A stretch of 64,000 bases of DNA from Vicugna vicugna. Its lineage: Eukaryota. The stretch lies in assembly GCA_013265495.1 (NCBI GenBank), contig MU058718.1:1302001-1366000 (forward strand), given 5' to 3'. The translations under genes were made by a program, and so were the position numbers. Positions 24,981 to 38,480 of this stretch are shown here, piece by piece; the stretch's first letter is position 1; each line of letters begins with the position of its first letter. The notes under the pieces were generated by a model. It was not told the DNA's origin, made no database searches, and saw nothing but the letters and a program-made list of their open reading frames with translations.

Positions 24981-26987
24981 TCCTGTGCTGTGTGAGACAA
25001 GGAGATAAGTGACAATCTTCACGTCCTAACCTCCACTATTCTGGAGAGTGTAGTGGTGATTGTGTGCAAAGATTTGGAATTTTAAAAGTACCAAGGTCCT
25101 GAAATTCAATAAAATATTTTTATCAATTTTAAAAAACAAAAACAAAAAAAAGATGAGACAAATCCAAGGTCTAGTTTTTCTTTAGTGTGTCATAGAGTTA
25201 CAAGAAGTGCTTTGAACCCAGCAGGATATGAAGGGAGGTGTTGTGCATGTGGTTTTTACCTTCGTGTCCTTCTTGAAGTTCATGGATATTCCTGTGGCTT
25301 TAAGTTGCTGGGTATATCCTCCTCCCACACTACCCTGTGGGGACAGTTGGAATGTTTGAAATAAAGAAATCAAGCAAGTATAATTTCCACATGGTGAGAG
25401 TACAGCTATAACATGGCTTCGTCTTTGTTTCCAAAGTGCAGTGCAAATAGCACACAGTGTGGAGAATGTTTGTTACAAGAATAGGAGCCACCAGAGGCCT
25501 TTGTTGATCAAGAGTCAGTTATTAGAGAATTTATCATCACCCTATTAGAGCATTTTTATGATGGGTTATCCTCGTAAATAACATTGTTATGTAGAGTTCG
25601 TCTTTTTTGCAATGGAAGTCATTGTAATGTGGCTGTTTTAATTACTATTTTTTAATATATAAACATGAAGCTGATTCCTACTTCTTCTGCAATAGGAATG
25701 CTTTATTTGGCAGACTTAATATATAAAAAAAGAATATATAAATAAAGCAGCTGATTTGACCTGGCAAGCTTCGATTCCAATTCAGCGTACTTTCCCTATT
25801 TATAAAGTGCAGTAAAAATGTTGGCCTTTAGAAACTGATATTCCCTGGGTGAGCAAGTGTGGTAAGGCTTTTCTTCCTTTTTTTTTCTGTTGTTGTTTTT
25901 GTTGTCATTGCTCTTTTAAAAAAAAAAAAAGTGCCAAAACTCTAATAGAAAAACTCCAAAATAAGAGCTAATGTAATGTCTGTATGCATATACAAAAGGA
26001 AACAAATTATTTTAAAATGCCTTATTAAAGACTGTGGCCCCAAATGGTGACTGGAGGCCTGGTGCAGTCTAGTATGTGTGCTACTATAATCTTGCTTGAG
26101 GCTCATAAATCTTGCATTATTTGGAGTAAGTGTAGACACTCCAAAATGAATTTAGAGGCAAATGTGCATGTGTTTCTGGGCACAGGCCGGGTGGAGAGAA
26201 TGCTGTGATCATGTCTCAAAAAATTCTAATCATCTGGTCTTATAATGAATGGATTAGTTCCTCCATTCTGCCAATAGAACATGAGCATAAGAAAACTTTG
26301 AAGTGCGGGAGGCAACGGCAAAGAAAACAGTAAACTGTTCATGTGAGACTGGCTTGATGCTTGGTGATTAAGAGATGAGGACCCCGCGGGTCAGCTCCCC
26401 ATAGGTACAAACAGATGTTTGCACTGTTTCACAGCTGCTAAATATGATATAAATCCAAAGAATTTTTCTTGTTTTTATAAAGGAAAAAAATACCCAGACA
26501 GCAAATTTTTGGTCATTCAGATACTCTTACCAAATGACATCTGGTTTCTGTACTGCTTATTTAAGCAATCCTTAAAAAAAATGTTTGCCAAGGGGAGTAA
26601 CTCTAAACTTTCAGCCCTTCACCATACATAACAGTACAGTTTAAATTACAGTGTAGCATGCAGAGTTTATTCTAAGCAATGCTGTTCTTCATTTCTTAAC
26701 TAGCAAGTTTTATTTTCAAGAAAATGGGTTAGATATTATATAATTATTTAAGGGAAATCAGTGATGAAGTTACATTTAGAGTATCTAGGATTCCTATCCC
26801 AGCGATGGCAAAGAAAATGAATTAATTGCTTCCATATGTTAAGCATGGTGGTGAGCAAAGTTAAACTATACAGTTACCTAAAATAAAATGTCAGCAATAT
26901 AGCAAGACAGTATTTTGACTTGCATCAAGGTGAGAGAACATGAAAGGCAGAAAGGGAGCAGTGACAGGTTGAAGGTCGAGATGGAAA

Positions 26988-27033
26988 TGAATCTTCATAA
27001 AAGACTTGCCTGAATCTTCATAAAAGACTTGCC
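26988..27033. repeat. Perfect 23-bp tandem duplication
   Basis: tgaatcttcataaaagacttgcc x2. Confidence 0.95.
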
Positions 27034-28286
27034 TAAATCTTTGGAGAAGAGCTAGACTTTTTGCCATTTCTACATCCATTACACCTTTGAATTTATATGC
27101 AGAAATTAATTTATTATTACTCTCAACAGAAAATATGTTTATATCGATTGTTCCCCTCCGAGGTGTCTATTTTGAATGGTCTGATGCCCAAGTTTACAGG
27201 TTTGCTTTCTGAATTTTTTCTGCCTCAACCTTTCTGTCTGACATTGATCTACAGTTTCATCAGAGCTTTCATTCAGTGAGTCTCCCAGAGCTTAGCACTG
27301 AAACAGAAAATGTGATAATTCCATAACAAATTTGGCAATTAGCAGCATTCCTCCTTTTGGGTTTTACATCATTATTTGGCCTGATACTGTAATTCCAGTC
27401 TGATGGTAATAAAGAGTAAGCAGTCTGACAAGTCCAGCTTCGTTGGAGATTTCTCACCCGAAGATTTGCTGGGTCTGTAGAGTATTCAAAATCAGTCCAG
27501 TGGGAGTTGCTCAGAGTGAAGATAATATACTGCATGGATTTTTCTTTGTCTTCTTTTAAAATGGATTTATTTGTTTTTTGGGTACTGGGTTCTTGCCATA
27601 TGTGATATAGGGTCTACCAGAGCTGAATGTGCAAGAGGATATAATAATTTTTCCCACTACATTTTACTTTTTAATGTTTGGATATGAGTTCAGGCTTGGC
27701 GTATGTAATAATCTTACATTTCAGCATCCAGTCTAATTCACTGGTAGATATACCTCTTCTTTTTTAGTCTCTAAGAGGAATTTTGCCTTCCTCCAGATTT
27801 CATGATGAGGGTTACCCTATCTTTAGTGTCCCTCATTTTTGTGTTTACTGACTTTGGGAAACTTCTCATGTCAAACTTTATTCATATATACCACCTGTGC
27901 ATGAAAGTCCCAGGTGGGGGCTTGTAAAAAGGTTTCATAAAATCATGGCTGAGGAGTCCCATATTCAAGCTGACACTCAACCATGCACAGTTAAATCCCC
28001 CACCCCCGCACCCCCAGGGCCAAGTTCTCCTTATCACTAACAGCTTCCTATTGATGTTGGTGAGACTAAATATGCAAAGGGGACATGAAGCGCTTCATTC
28101 CCTGAGAACCAGGATATTTAGGTTTTGCAAATCCCTGAACCCTAAAATGGATTTAATCAGCCCAATTCACATCATAAATATCATGTTGCAAGGACACACA
28201 TGTGCTGGAACAGATAGGAGATTTCATTTTAACTTCTAAATTTGCAAAATTATGCCTGTAAGCCATCAATTTTTCTTGGACACTCC

Positions 28287-28341
28287 AGGGACTTCATGCC
28301 AAGAGGAATTCTTGAGGGACTTTATGCCAAGAGGAATTCTT
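28287..28341. repeat. 28-bp tandem duplication with one internal mismatch
   Basis: agggacttcatgccaagaggaattcttg / agggactttatgccaagaggaattctt. Confidence 0.95.
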
Positions 28342-28509
28342 ACAGTGAGTAAGTTCATGATTTTTATTGAGAAGGGAGCAGTTTCCTCTGTTATCAAAGA
28401 TATCATATTTTACTTTCTAGAACCCTTGTAGCTGTCCTTTCTGCCTCTGTTTTTCCCAGACTGTTCTGAGGAATGGCCAAGTGATTGTTAGCAATGTCTA
28501 TGTCTATTT

Positions 28510-28610
28510 TTTTTTATCTTTTCTCCCTCCCATCTCTCCTTTCCCAACCTCCTGCCTCTCCCTCCTTCCCTTCCTTCCTTCCCTCGCCTTTCTCTTTCTC
28601 CCCTCTTTTG
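28510..28610. repeat. Polypyrimidine/(CCTT)n low-complexity tract
   Basis: cctccttcccttccttccttccctcgcctttctctttctcccctc. Confidence 0.8.
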
Positions 28611-28679
28611 AATAGCTAGTAATATATAGTGACCCCCTACTTATTCCCATCTAAATATGGAAGTACTGAGGCTAGACGT

Positions 28680-30270
28680 TTTTTGAATTAAACTTTTTAT
28701 TCTGAGATAATTGTAGACTCACAAGGAGTTGTAAGAAATGACACAGAGAAATTCCCTGTACACGTCACCCAGCTTCAATGGGAACATCTTGCAAAACTAT
28801 AGTATATATCATAACCAGGGTTTTGACATTAATACTGTCCATATACAGAACATTTTCATCATTATGAAACTCCCTTATTTTGTCCCTTTATAACTATAAC
28901 CCACTATCCTCCCACCTCAACTTCCTCCTTCACCACTGGCAACCACAAATTGAGTTTTTTATAATTTTGTCCTTTTGAGAATGTTATATAAATGGAATCA
29001 TACAATGTGTAATTTGGGGAGATTAATTTTTTTCACTGAGCATAAGTTTCTGGACAGTGATCCAAGTTATTTCATGTATTAGTAGTCTGTTTTTTAACTG
29101 CTGAGTAATATTCCATGGTATGGATATACAGTAGTTTGTCTAGCGATTCACCTGGTGAAGGACGTCTGGTCTGCTTCCAGTTTTTGGCTGTTACAACTAA
29201 AGCTGCTATGAACATTCATGTGCAGGTTTTTGTGTGAACATAAATTTTCATTTCTCTAAGATAAATGCCCAGGAGTACAAATGCCAAGTTACATGACAGT
29301 ATGTGTTTAGCTTTTTAAGAAACTGCCAAGCTGTTTTCCAGAGCGATTGTACCATTGTCCATTTCCATCCATTAAGTTATACAGTCTGTTTGCATTTGGT
29401 GTTGTCACTGTTTCCTATTTTAGCATTCTGATATATATTTAGTGATAGCTCATTGTGGTTTTAATTTGTCTTTACCTAATGGCTAGTGAAGTCAGACATC
29501 TTTTTATGGACTTATTTGCCATCTCTATAGTCCCTTTGATGTCTGTTAATATATTTTGCCACTTTGTAATTATATTTTTTTATTGTTGAGTTTTGAGAGT
29601 TCTTTACATTTTCTAGATATTAATCCTTTGTTGGATATGTGATTTGCAAGTATTTCCGCCCAGTTTGTAGCTTGTCTTTTCCTTCTCTTAACAGAATCTC
29701 AAGGAGAGCAGAAGTTTTTATTCATGATGAGGTCCAATGTATCTATTTTTTCTTTCACAGATTATGCTTAATGTCAAATGTAAGAACACTTTGTCTAGCC
29801 TTATGTTCTGAAGACTTTTCCTATTTTTTCTAAATGTTTTGAGGTTTATAAAGTTACAGTTTATACAATTTATAAGTTATGCATATGTATAACTTACTAT
29901 CACAGCCTACTGCTGTTGACACTTTACAAGTTTGAGTAAAGGGCAGAAACATCACCTCCCTTTACCCTACTCTATTTATAATTGTCACCAATATTTCCTT
30001 TTTATAAATTTAGAACCATATCAGCCAATGTTGTAATTTTTGCTTTCATCATCAAACATGATTTAGAAAACTCAAGAGGAAAAGGAAAGTTTATCATATT
30101 TACCCACATTTTTGCTTACTGTGTTCTTTCTTCCTTCTTAATGTTCCAGGGTTCTTATTTTTATCATTTCCTTTCTGTTGAGATTATTTTCTTTGGTCAT
30201 GAACTTAGGTTAGGTGTGCTGGCAACAGAGTTTCTTAGTTTTCTTTCCTATCTGAGAACATCTTGATTTC
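28680..30270 (-). mobile_element. L1MC-type LINE (3'UTR and ORF2 end, then an upstream fragment)
   Basis: 3' end ttttattctgagataattgtagactcacaaggagttgtaagaaatgacacagagaaattccctgtac; ORF2 antisense motifs aaagctgctatgaacattcatgtgcagg. Confidence 0.9.
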
Positions 30271-31089
30271 TAACACAGGAATAATTCCTCTTACAAGTCA
30301 TTGGGGCTTATTAATGGGGACAAATTACCCTTTTAGATCAATTTCAAGTCTCAGAGACCGAAGAAGCTACTTGTTTACTGTTTAGGACAACTTACAACTT
30401 GTAGTGGATAGGCAGTAGTAATCAGTGTTGTCAGACCTTGAGACTGGGGAGCCTGAAGACTGGTATAATTTTGCAGATTCATAATTTTTTGATTTCTCAA
30501 AAGTTCATTTTAAATACATGCATTTAAATAAATGCATTTTATTTTAATTAAGACATATAGAAAGTCATGACAGAAGGTGGTCTACTGGAAAGTGGAACCC
30601 TGAGCCCCACCATTCCTCATGAGTTATTTGAGGCTGTGCCTTTTCAGATGGTTATAGTTGATTGCTAATTAAAGGCCTTTCTGAACAATCATTGATTTTT
30701 ATCAGTTTCCTTTAAAACAGGTGTTTCTTTCCTATAGATATTAATAAGTAAGTATATGTATAATTTTGGAAATTGAATTTTTAGAAATAGGAACTTTCAA
30801 ATATAATAGAAAGTAATCAAAAGGAATAGGTACCAGAAATGCTTTTAAGAATTAACTCATATTTACAATACTTTGTAGCAGGCATGGTACTAGTTGCTTC
30901 ACATACATATCTCATTTATTCTGCAAAAAAGACTCTTAAAGTTCACACAGCTATTAAGAGATGGGTCTGGGTCTGTGATGCTAAAGCACATATGTATTTT
31001 TCTTCCATAGTCTGTCACCATGTGCCATCATTTTGCCCACTTACCTATTCAAGGCTGTCATCTCCATACCCTATTTCCTGGTGATGGAC

Positions 31090-31930
31090 CAGCTTTCATG
31101 GCTTCTATTGCTATGCTGGAGTGAGGGATCCAAATTTATATCCCTAGGGCCAAATTCTTGACTCGTTCAAAATGCCTATGCATGTACCAGTAGCAGCTGG
31201 ACTTACTGTGCCCCAAGTCAGACTGTGACTTCCATGCATGGAAAAGCAATCTGTCCTCCTGACTTTATTATTTCTAGTAAGAAAACCACCATCTTTCTGT
31301 CATCAATTCAAATCCTCCGTTTCCTCCCTTTCTACTTTTGTGTTTCCTTCTTTGAGGATGCAAATTTATTGTTTTCAAACCCTAGTATCTGTATTGTGGC
31401 TCATCCTAACAGGTCCACAGCTGTCACTCTTTCTCCTCTGCACATGTCATCTTAGACATTGCTTCCAGATTTATCCTAAAGTTTAGGATTGATTGTACTA
31501 TAGTTCTCCCCTACACACTGCAGTAGCTCCCCTCTGCCTATTGATTTACCTGCAGAATTCTCAGTCTGCTTTCCAGGCTCAGCATAAAATGATGCCTGGT
31601 TATTTTTTCAGCCCAGTCTCTGGCTATATTCTTAGAAGCTCTCAGCATGCCCCTACATGATCTGCAGTTTCTGCTTGACTCCTCCTCAGTGCTGCTCCAT
31701 TTAATTTTTTTTTTCAACAAAAGGCCCATCTCAAATGCAACCTCTTTTCAAAAAAATCCTGGTTTTCCTAATGGAGGTCATATTTTATTCCTTCAAAGTC
31801 AAATCTTTGGACACTTATCTTGCCTTTTATTTTAATTATATGCCAATCAGGGAGGCAAATATAATGTTACTTGTTTTCATCTTTGCAGTACATGACAGTG
31901 TCCTATTCATAATAGGTCTTCTGTACTTGT
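31090..31930 (+). mobile_element. L2 LINE relic
   Basis: Pyrimidine-rich L2-like stretches ending in catgacagtgtcctattcataataggtct. Confidence 0.5.
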
Positions 31931-33009
31931 AGGTTTGGGTTTTGCAATGAACTTTTGCTGATCATGTCCTAGCAGAGTTCTTGTTGTGTTATGACTGATA
32001 GATACACTCTTACTGAATGCTCCCCAATCATCTGGATAAAACACATTACTAATCTTGACAAAAAGGGTGATAACCAGCCACTAAATACTCTTTTTTCATT
32101 TGCAATCAGGATGACTTATAAAGGTGGGAGAATTACCTTCTAAAGCTAGTTTTCTGAGCACAAGCCTGTTGCAAATAAAAATCCAAAGGATGTTCCTCAG
32201 CTGTGGTAATAAACAAGCATATTCTTTGAAATGTGATGGAGAGTGTGTTTATTGTGGATGTTATGCCTTGGTAGAGAATGAAATATTTCTGGAAAAAAAA
32301 TCCCATTAATAAACTAAGTATTCTGGTAGTTTGTAGATAATGTAATCCATTAAAATATGTAACTAACACCTTTGTCAGTTTTTTTTAAACAACTGTGTTC
32401 CTTTAGACAGTCATTTAGACATGCCCTTCCTAAAGGACACATGTGTTTCTTTAGATTTGAAACTTTTAATCTGAAATAAAAATGTAAGTTTGGCTTTTAA
32501 CATTCTTGTTATAGAGATCTCTGTGGGTTCTGTGTGGATATGGGAGAGTCCTGGGCCAGTGGGTTCTGAGTTCTGGTGTGCAACTTTTAATTTACAGAAC
32601 CATTTTTCTCGGAGAATACAGGATGTCGATTTATGTTCTGTATAATTTAATAATTGCACCCAATAAATGAAAGTGACACTTTGTAACTTGGACTTGGGAG
32701 TCTAAAATCGCAGAAAGATGCCAGGGAAGAATGTTCATGGTGAAAATTAGGGCTACTAGTCATTCATTATTGAGCTTGGAGATTAGATGACAGTGCTGTG
32801 AATATAAATAAATCCTAGTCATGGAAGCATGCAGCACCTTTTCTTTCCCCCAGCATAAATTAAACGCCAACATCCTAGTAACAAATCCCACAGTGTAGAT
32901 TTAACCTTCACTCATTTTCTTTTACTCTCCATTTTTCCCCCTCTCCCAAGTGTACCCTCCATTCCCTTTATTAAGGTTTACTAATGGTAGTTCCATTTTG
33001 GAAGAGAGG

Positions 33010-33245
33010 GCTGTAAAGTATTTGGTTAAAAGAGAAGGTTGGAGATAGACAAACCTGTTTCAAACCTGGCTCTGCAAGTTTCTGACTGTGTCCCTTTAAG
33101 TAAGTAACTGGACGAGGTTAGGTCCCAGTTTTCTCATATGAAGTGGGGATAATACTCACATGTATCTTAGAAGATTGTGATAGTATTACATGAAATAACA
33201 TACAGAACTTAGTCTCGCATAGAGTACTCAATGACAGCTGCTATG
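33010..33245 (+). mobile_element. MIR SINE relic
   Basis: gtttcaaacctggctctgc...ctgtgtccctttaagtaagtaac...cagttttctcatatgaagtggggataata. Confidence 0.75.
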
Positions 33246-33290
33246 GTGGTAGTGGTGGTGGTGGTGGTGATGATGATGATGATAATGATT
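33243..33290. repeat. (GGT)n(GAT)n compound microsatellite
   Basis: Seen directly in the sequence. Confidence 0.9.
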
Positions 33291-33717
33291 AGCTGTTACT
33301 TATCTTCACATTTGTAATTGTAGGTAATTTGGAATTAAAAGTCATTGGTTTGGTCTTCAAACCTTAGGACCTACCTACCTGTTGTAGTTGGAATGTTCCT
33401 AAAACCAGAAAGAATGAACAGAGCCACCAAAATGTAGCACACAAGTGGGCGGCAGAGGTTGTCTATAAGATCCTTATAGAACGACTTACTGATATTCTAA
33501 GTTAATAGATACCTCATTCGTTTAACCAACATGCCTGAGACCTACCATGTACTAGACATTTTGCTGGCCCTGGGATCCATGCCCTGATATTTTTTCACAG
33601 TCCATTTTGCAAACAAAATTCACCCATTTGAATTGTTCCCAACTTATTTTTTCTCAGATAACTGGATAAATATATATATATATGAGGTATCTGCTAACTC
33701 AAATATCAGTAAACTGT

Positions 33718-33743
33718 TCTTTCTCTCTCTCTCTCTCTCTACG

Positions 33744-33776
<33 letters not shown>
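33718..33776. repeat. (CT)n(GT)n compound microsatellite
   Basis: Seen directly in the sequence. Confidence 0.95.
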
Positions 33777-36700
33777 ATTTGTATGTATGATATTGCTTGG
33801 ATTTAGAGATCAAATTTAGAGATCCCCACTGGGCTTATATCTTTGCAGGTGGGAAAGCCTCAGTCACCAAAAAAATGAAGCTCATGAGTATGGTGGCCAC
33901 TGTGAACAAGTCTGGCATCTCTCCAGGAAAGAGGCCTGGGAGCTCCCCTGCTGACCTCCTCAGAAATGTGTGGTCTCACACTGGGGTTCTCATGCTTGCA
34001 TCCTCTGGGGACACACAGATGTGGCTGGGCTGGGATGAGTTGCCTTGCTCTCTCCGTGTGCTGAGTGTCTCGTATTGCAGAGAGAAGGAGCTGGTGAAGG
34101 ATTCATTAGCCTGCGTGCAGCCGAACAGCCAGCTGTAGCTTCACTGCAATAAAGCGTTAGAGTTAATCTCCTTCATCTGTTTTCATTTTGCTAATCCTCT
34201 ACATCAGGCACCAAAAACTAAATTTATTAATTAAATGTCCCACTCTCTAAAGGAAGGCACTTGGAAAATGGAAAAATGTTCATTAGCAGAAGGGAGACAA
34301 AAAAAAGAAGCCAGAGAATAATTCGAATCTTGAAACTTCTGCTGTTGGAATAACAATAAAAAGAGCAGAGATGGCCATAAAATAGTCTGTTCTTGGCATT
34401 GCTTAATTGGCCTATTTATTTTTCTGTCTCTGAAGCTGTCTTTAGTGACACCTACTGATAAGAGCCAATCGGAACCATAGCCGAATTCCTTCGGGCTGGA
34501 CCTGCCAACAAACTGCTCAGCCCTCCAGATGTTGCTGGTTTGTGAGAAATGAGAACTCCATAAACCAGGCTCACCCTTCCTCCTGGGGTGAACACAAAGA
34601 CAGGCAGATATGGAAAATCACTGCTCAGCACCATGAACAATGCACTCCAATGAGGGGTTGGGCCAGTTCTTATTTGTCTTGGTGGGACAGACAGCCATGG
34701 AGCCTAATGCAAGAATTTTAGCTGGCACCAGTTCAAACTGTGACTATACATTGAAATCGCTCAACAAAAGGAGGCCTTTTAGCTAGAAAAAGCCCAACAG
34801 TGGGTTTAAACAAATAGCTAGGGGAACTTACAGAGAGGGTTAAAGATGGATCACACATAATTTTCTTAAGCTGAACATTTCTCCACCTTTTGTCTTTTTC
34901 AGATTCCATTCTTTTGTGTTATGTAACAAATTAGAAAGATGCTGCAGTAAACAGCCTGATGGCACATCCTAACCACCAATGAATAACATTCAGTGAGCAC
35001 TCACAGTTCTGGGAATAGAACAAAGTGAGCTAAAGTGAGTCCGTTCTTGTCCTCCAGACCGGAGTGTCCCAATCTTTCTTAGTACAGGACACACTTGTGA
35101 CTTTGCTGTGAAACAAGAAGAAAATATATCATGCTCTTTTTTTTCCTGAGCCAGTCCCTTGGCCAGCTGTCTGTCCTTCCAAATCTTCTGTCTCCACCCA
35201 CATTGTACACACTCATGTACCCACGAATGCCCGATGTAAGGAGACCCCATTTCTCTCATAATAGAATCCCCAAATAAGCCTTTTGGCTAGGTTAGATTTG
35301 GTTAGTGTAATGGATGGTAATCAATTAAATGTTTATTTATGATATTTGATATATTAACTCAATCTCACATATATACTTACAATCACATCTTATGTACAAA
35401 GTTATGTTATTTTAGAACCGATTTTTTTGAGTTCACCACTGACATGGTAATTTTTACTTGAACTCTTTGCATGTATCTTAGAGACAGCCAGCATGTAGCA
35501 GAGGCTTTGTCTTCAGCAGAGCTGTTTTTTAATTTTACCTAATACAGTTTTCTAGTCTGTTGCCATCACTTCTGTTTCATGTTTTAAATCTGGGTGTGTA
35601 ATACAGTACTGCAAATTTTATCCCAGCTGCATGTACCCATTTGCATAGTATTAGGGTTTTTGAAAAATCACCCTGTGGTCCCACAATAGACCACTTAAGT
35701 GAACCTTGAAAGTCTCATTAACATGAGAACCAACGTAGAATTGTCAAATATCCAGGAGTAATGACTAAATCTGTGGTCATTTTTTTTTTCTTTTTAAAAT
35801 GCTGCTCATATCAGATGACTTCTACAAGCTTCCAAAATTAACATTGATTGGACCTGTTTCAGCCTAATGAATCTCCATCCAGTGGTGTTTGTTATGCAGA
35901 ATTAAGTAATCGAGAAAGCATTCCCATGATATGATACTTGGCAAATATTCCATGGAAGGTGACTCTTCATAAGAGAGAAAGTTTGGGGGAAAACTTTGCC
36001 TAATAATCAAGCATATTCAGAGTATTCAGATATTACTCTATGTGTCATCTCTTCTTCCTGTCCTGGCTGCCATCATGTCTGCATCCCACGTCCCTACTCA
36101 GAAGTTGGCAGAAGGAAATACTACTCTCTGAGGATGCCTTCGTGCCTCACAGTTAGGTGGTACTAGTGCAGAAACGATGCTTCAGATGCTCACTGCCTAA
36201 GATAGATTACAGTTTCCCCAGGTAATTTCATATCGGGACAGATGTAAAGTGCAACAAATAAGCAATAATGTGAGTTTAAAGTGTTAAGCCTACTAATCTA
36301 AAAAACCTATATTTAGAGGACTTGCTTGATGAAGTGTTTCTGGTTTCAGGTGGGTGAATGTCTGAGTAGGTTATCAGAAAAAGGGAGAAGCATTATCTTC
36401 TTTTTTGTTTAACCCTGGAGGACTTTGTTGGGGGAAGAGGAATTTTGGAGTCTTTGACTTGAGAAGTCAGACTGGGTAAATTGTTATAGAGTAGGTCCCT
36501 AGTAGGCAGTATTTGTGAATTGTTAAGGGAAAGTTCAAATGGACTAGTAAGCAAACAAAGCAGAGGTTGTGGAGAGAAGAAGAAGGAGCACTGATAAATT
36601 GGGCTTGGTAGTTAGTAGGCACTTCAACCTAATGGGGAAGAAAATGGGAAACGTTATTGGCTCAGAAAAGAAGAGAAAGTGATTTTTATACTGATAGTTA

Positions 36701-37389
36701 AGAAGAAAGATGTCTTTTGTAATAGAATGTGACACTGATGGAAGGTGAATGCTGGAGGAAGACCTGAAGGGAGTAGAGAATAGTCATCCAACTTGGAAAG
36801 AGGTGATGAGACAGGATGTCAAGGATTCAGAGTAAGGTTTTCCCCCCAAATTTTGGGTAAAAGGATAGAAGACATGATTTTGAGTGGTATTTATGGTATG
36901 AAATTAGGTTATACTTTTCACATACTTGTGTGACTAGGTTCATTTGAATTAGTTCTATTTATTTGTGAGATTAGATGCTCAAGTCATAGAATGTAGTCAG
37001 ACATTGGCTGTTAATCATTTTGTTAGTCATAAGGCTCTTAGGACATACTTGATGAATGTTTGTTAAGCCTAATTGTATGCTTGGCTCTATACAATAAATA
37101 AACGGACCCAAATATCATATGTGGGAATCAAGTATTGGTGGTGTTGATTAATGTGTTTAGGAAACTTCCTGTTCCCTGCACTTGAATTTTCCACATTTGT
37201 ATATCTTCCAGGGTACTTCCCTGCCCAGCAGGTGTCTTCCATCTGTGAGAGTCCTGGAGGATGCAGCTCCCATTCCTATCCTATACACCCAAACCTCGTT
37301 AAATATATGATTTGTGTTGTATCACCAATTCTGAGCACTTAGGTATACCAAAAACTTTGTCCACATTAGATTTGATGTATGATTCACAA

Positions 37390-37870
37390 TAGCTGCAGAA
37401 GGTGACCACTACTATTACAGATAAGGAAGTCGGGGCATGTAGAAGTTGGACAGCTTGGCTAAGTTTACACTACTAGCGTGTGGAACTGGGAAGTGGAACC
37501 CAGCTCATTCCAGAGTTGATGTTCTCCAACCTCAGAACCTCGGCCACTTCTGTAATTTATATATGAGTTAACTTTTTAAAACAAGCACTCAATTAATATG
37601 AGCTTTTACAGAAGAGGAAAAAATTAGAAAAGTAGAAACATTTCTTTCTAATTGCTCATATTTTATATTGTTCTTATTTTATGTAGCAATGTTATCTATT
37701 TTTCAGAGAAGCAGTTTGATGAGAGGAAAAAGCCCAGGTTCTGGCCTAAGACTGACTTGAATTTTAACCCTGCCCCTAAAACTTACCAGATTAGTAACAC
37801 TGGGAAATACTTAACCTCCAAATATGTACTCATAAAATGGAGATAACGATATTCACCTTACAAGGACATG
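37390..37870. mobile_element. Two MIR relics (- strand at about 37390-37550, + strand at about 37700-37870)
   Basis: ttacagataaggaagtcggggcatgtagaagtt; gggaaatacttaacctcc...ctcataaaatggagataa. Confidence 0.6.
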
Positions 37871-37899
37871 ATTTAAAAAAAAAAAAAGACTAGTTGAAA

Positions 37900-38480
37900 G
37901 GTAAAACAAGAAAACAGTTGGCAATAACTGATAGATTTGGCCATGGCGGGAAAAGTAATGATTCTCAGGTTTTGAACGTATATGACTGGAAAATGTTTGA
38001 AAAACTACCAGAAATAGAGAAATCAGGAGGGAAGGGAGGATGACACATTGAGATACAAAAAATACACATGGGTGGAGGTGGACTACTAAGCAGATGAAAA
38101 TGACCATTAAGCTTTGCAAAGGTGTCAGAATTATAGATTTATCTGTGTAGAGTTAATGGTTAAATTCAGTGGTGTAGCTAAGATTTGTAGAGTTTGAGGA
38201 TTAAAATGGAAACAAGAACTGAATTTTGGAGTTTTTGTCAGTTGAGGGAACAGAAGAAAGAGGAGCTAAAGAAGGAGACAGAGAAGTGGTTGGAGTAAAA
38301 AAGGAAGAAGCAGTTTGAGTGATTGAGTGCTGTGAAAGCAAAGGAGGATGTGGATTTAAGGAGGTTTGAGTCAGTTACATCAAATGACAGAGGGTCAGGG
38401 AGAATGAGTGAAGTCCAGGGTGCTGGCTATTAAAGTCATCGTGGGCAGTGGTCTTGAATAAGATGAAGAAGAAAACTCAG
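37900..38480 (-). mobile_element. L2 LINE relic
   Basis: Purine-rich gaggagctaaagaaggagacagagaagtggttggag...catcaaatgacagagggtcagggagaatgag. Confidence 0.6.

Noticed and set aside
23942..25015. Several 83-120 aa ORFs over the CpG island
   Set aside because: Expected from stop-codon scarcity in GC-rich DNA; they overlap on both strands, have no domain, and partly cover repeats.
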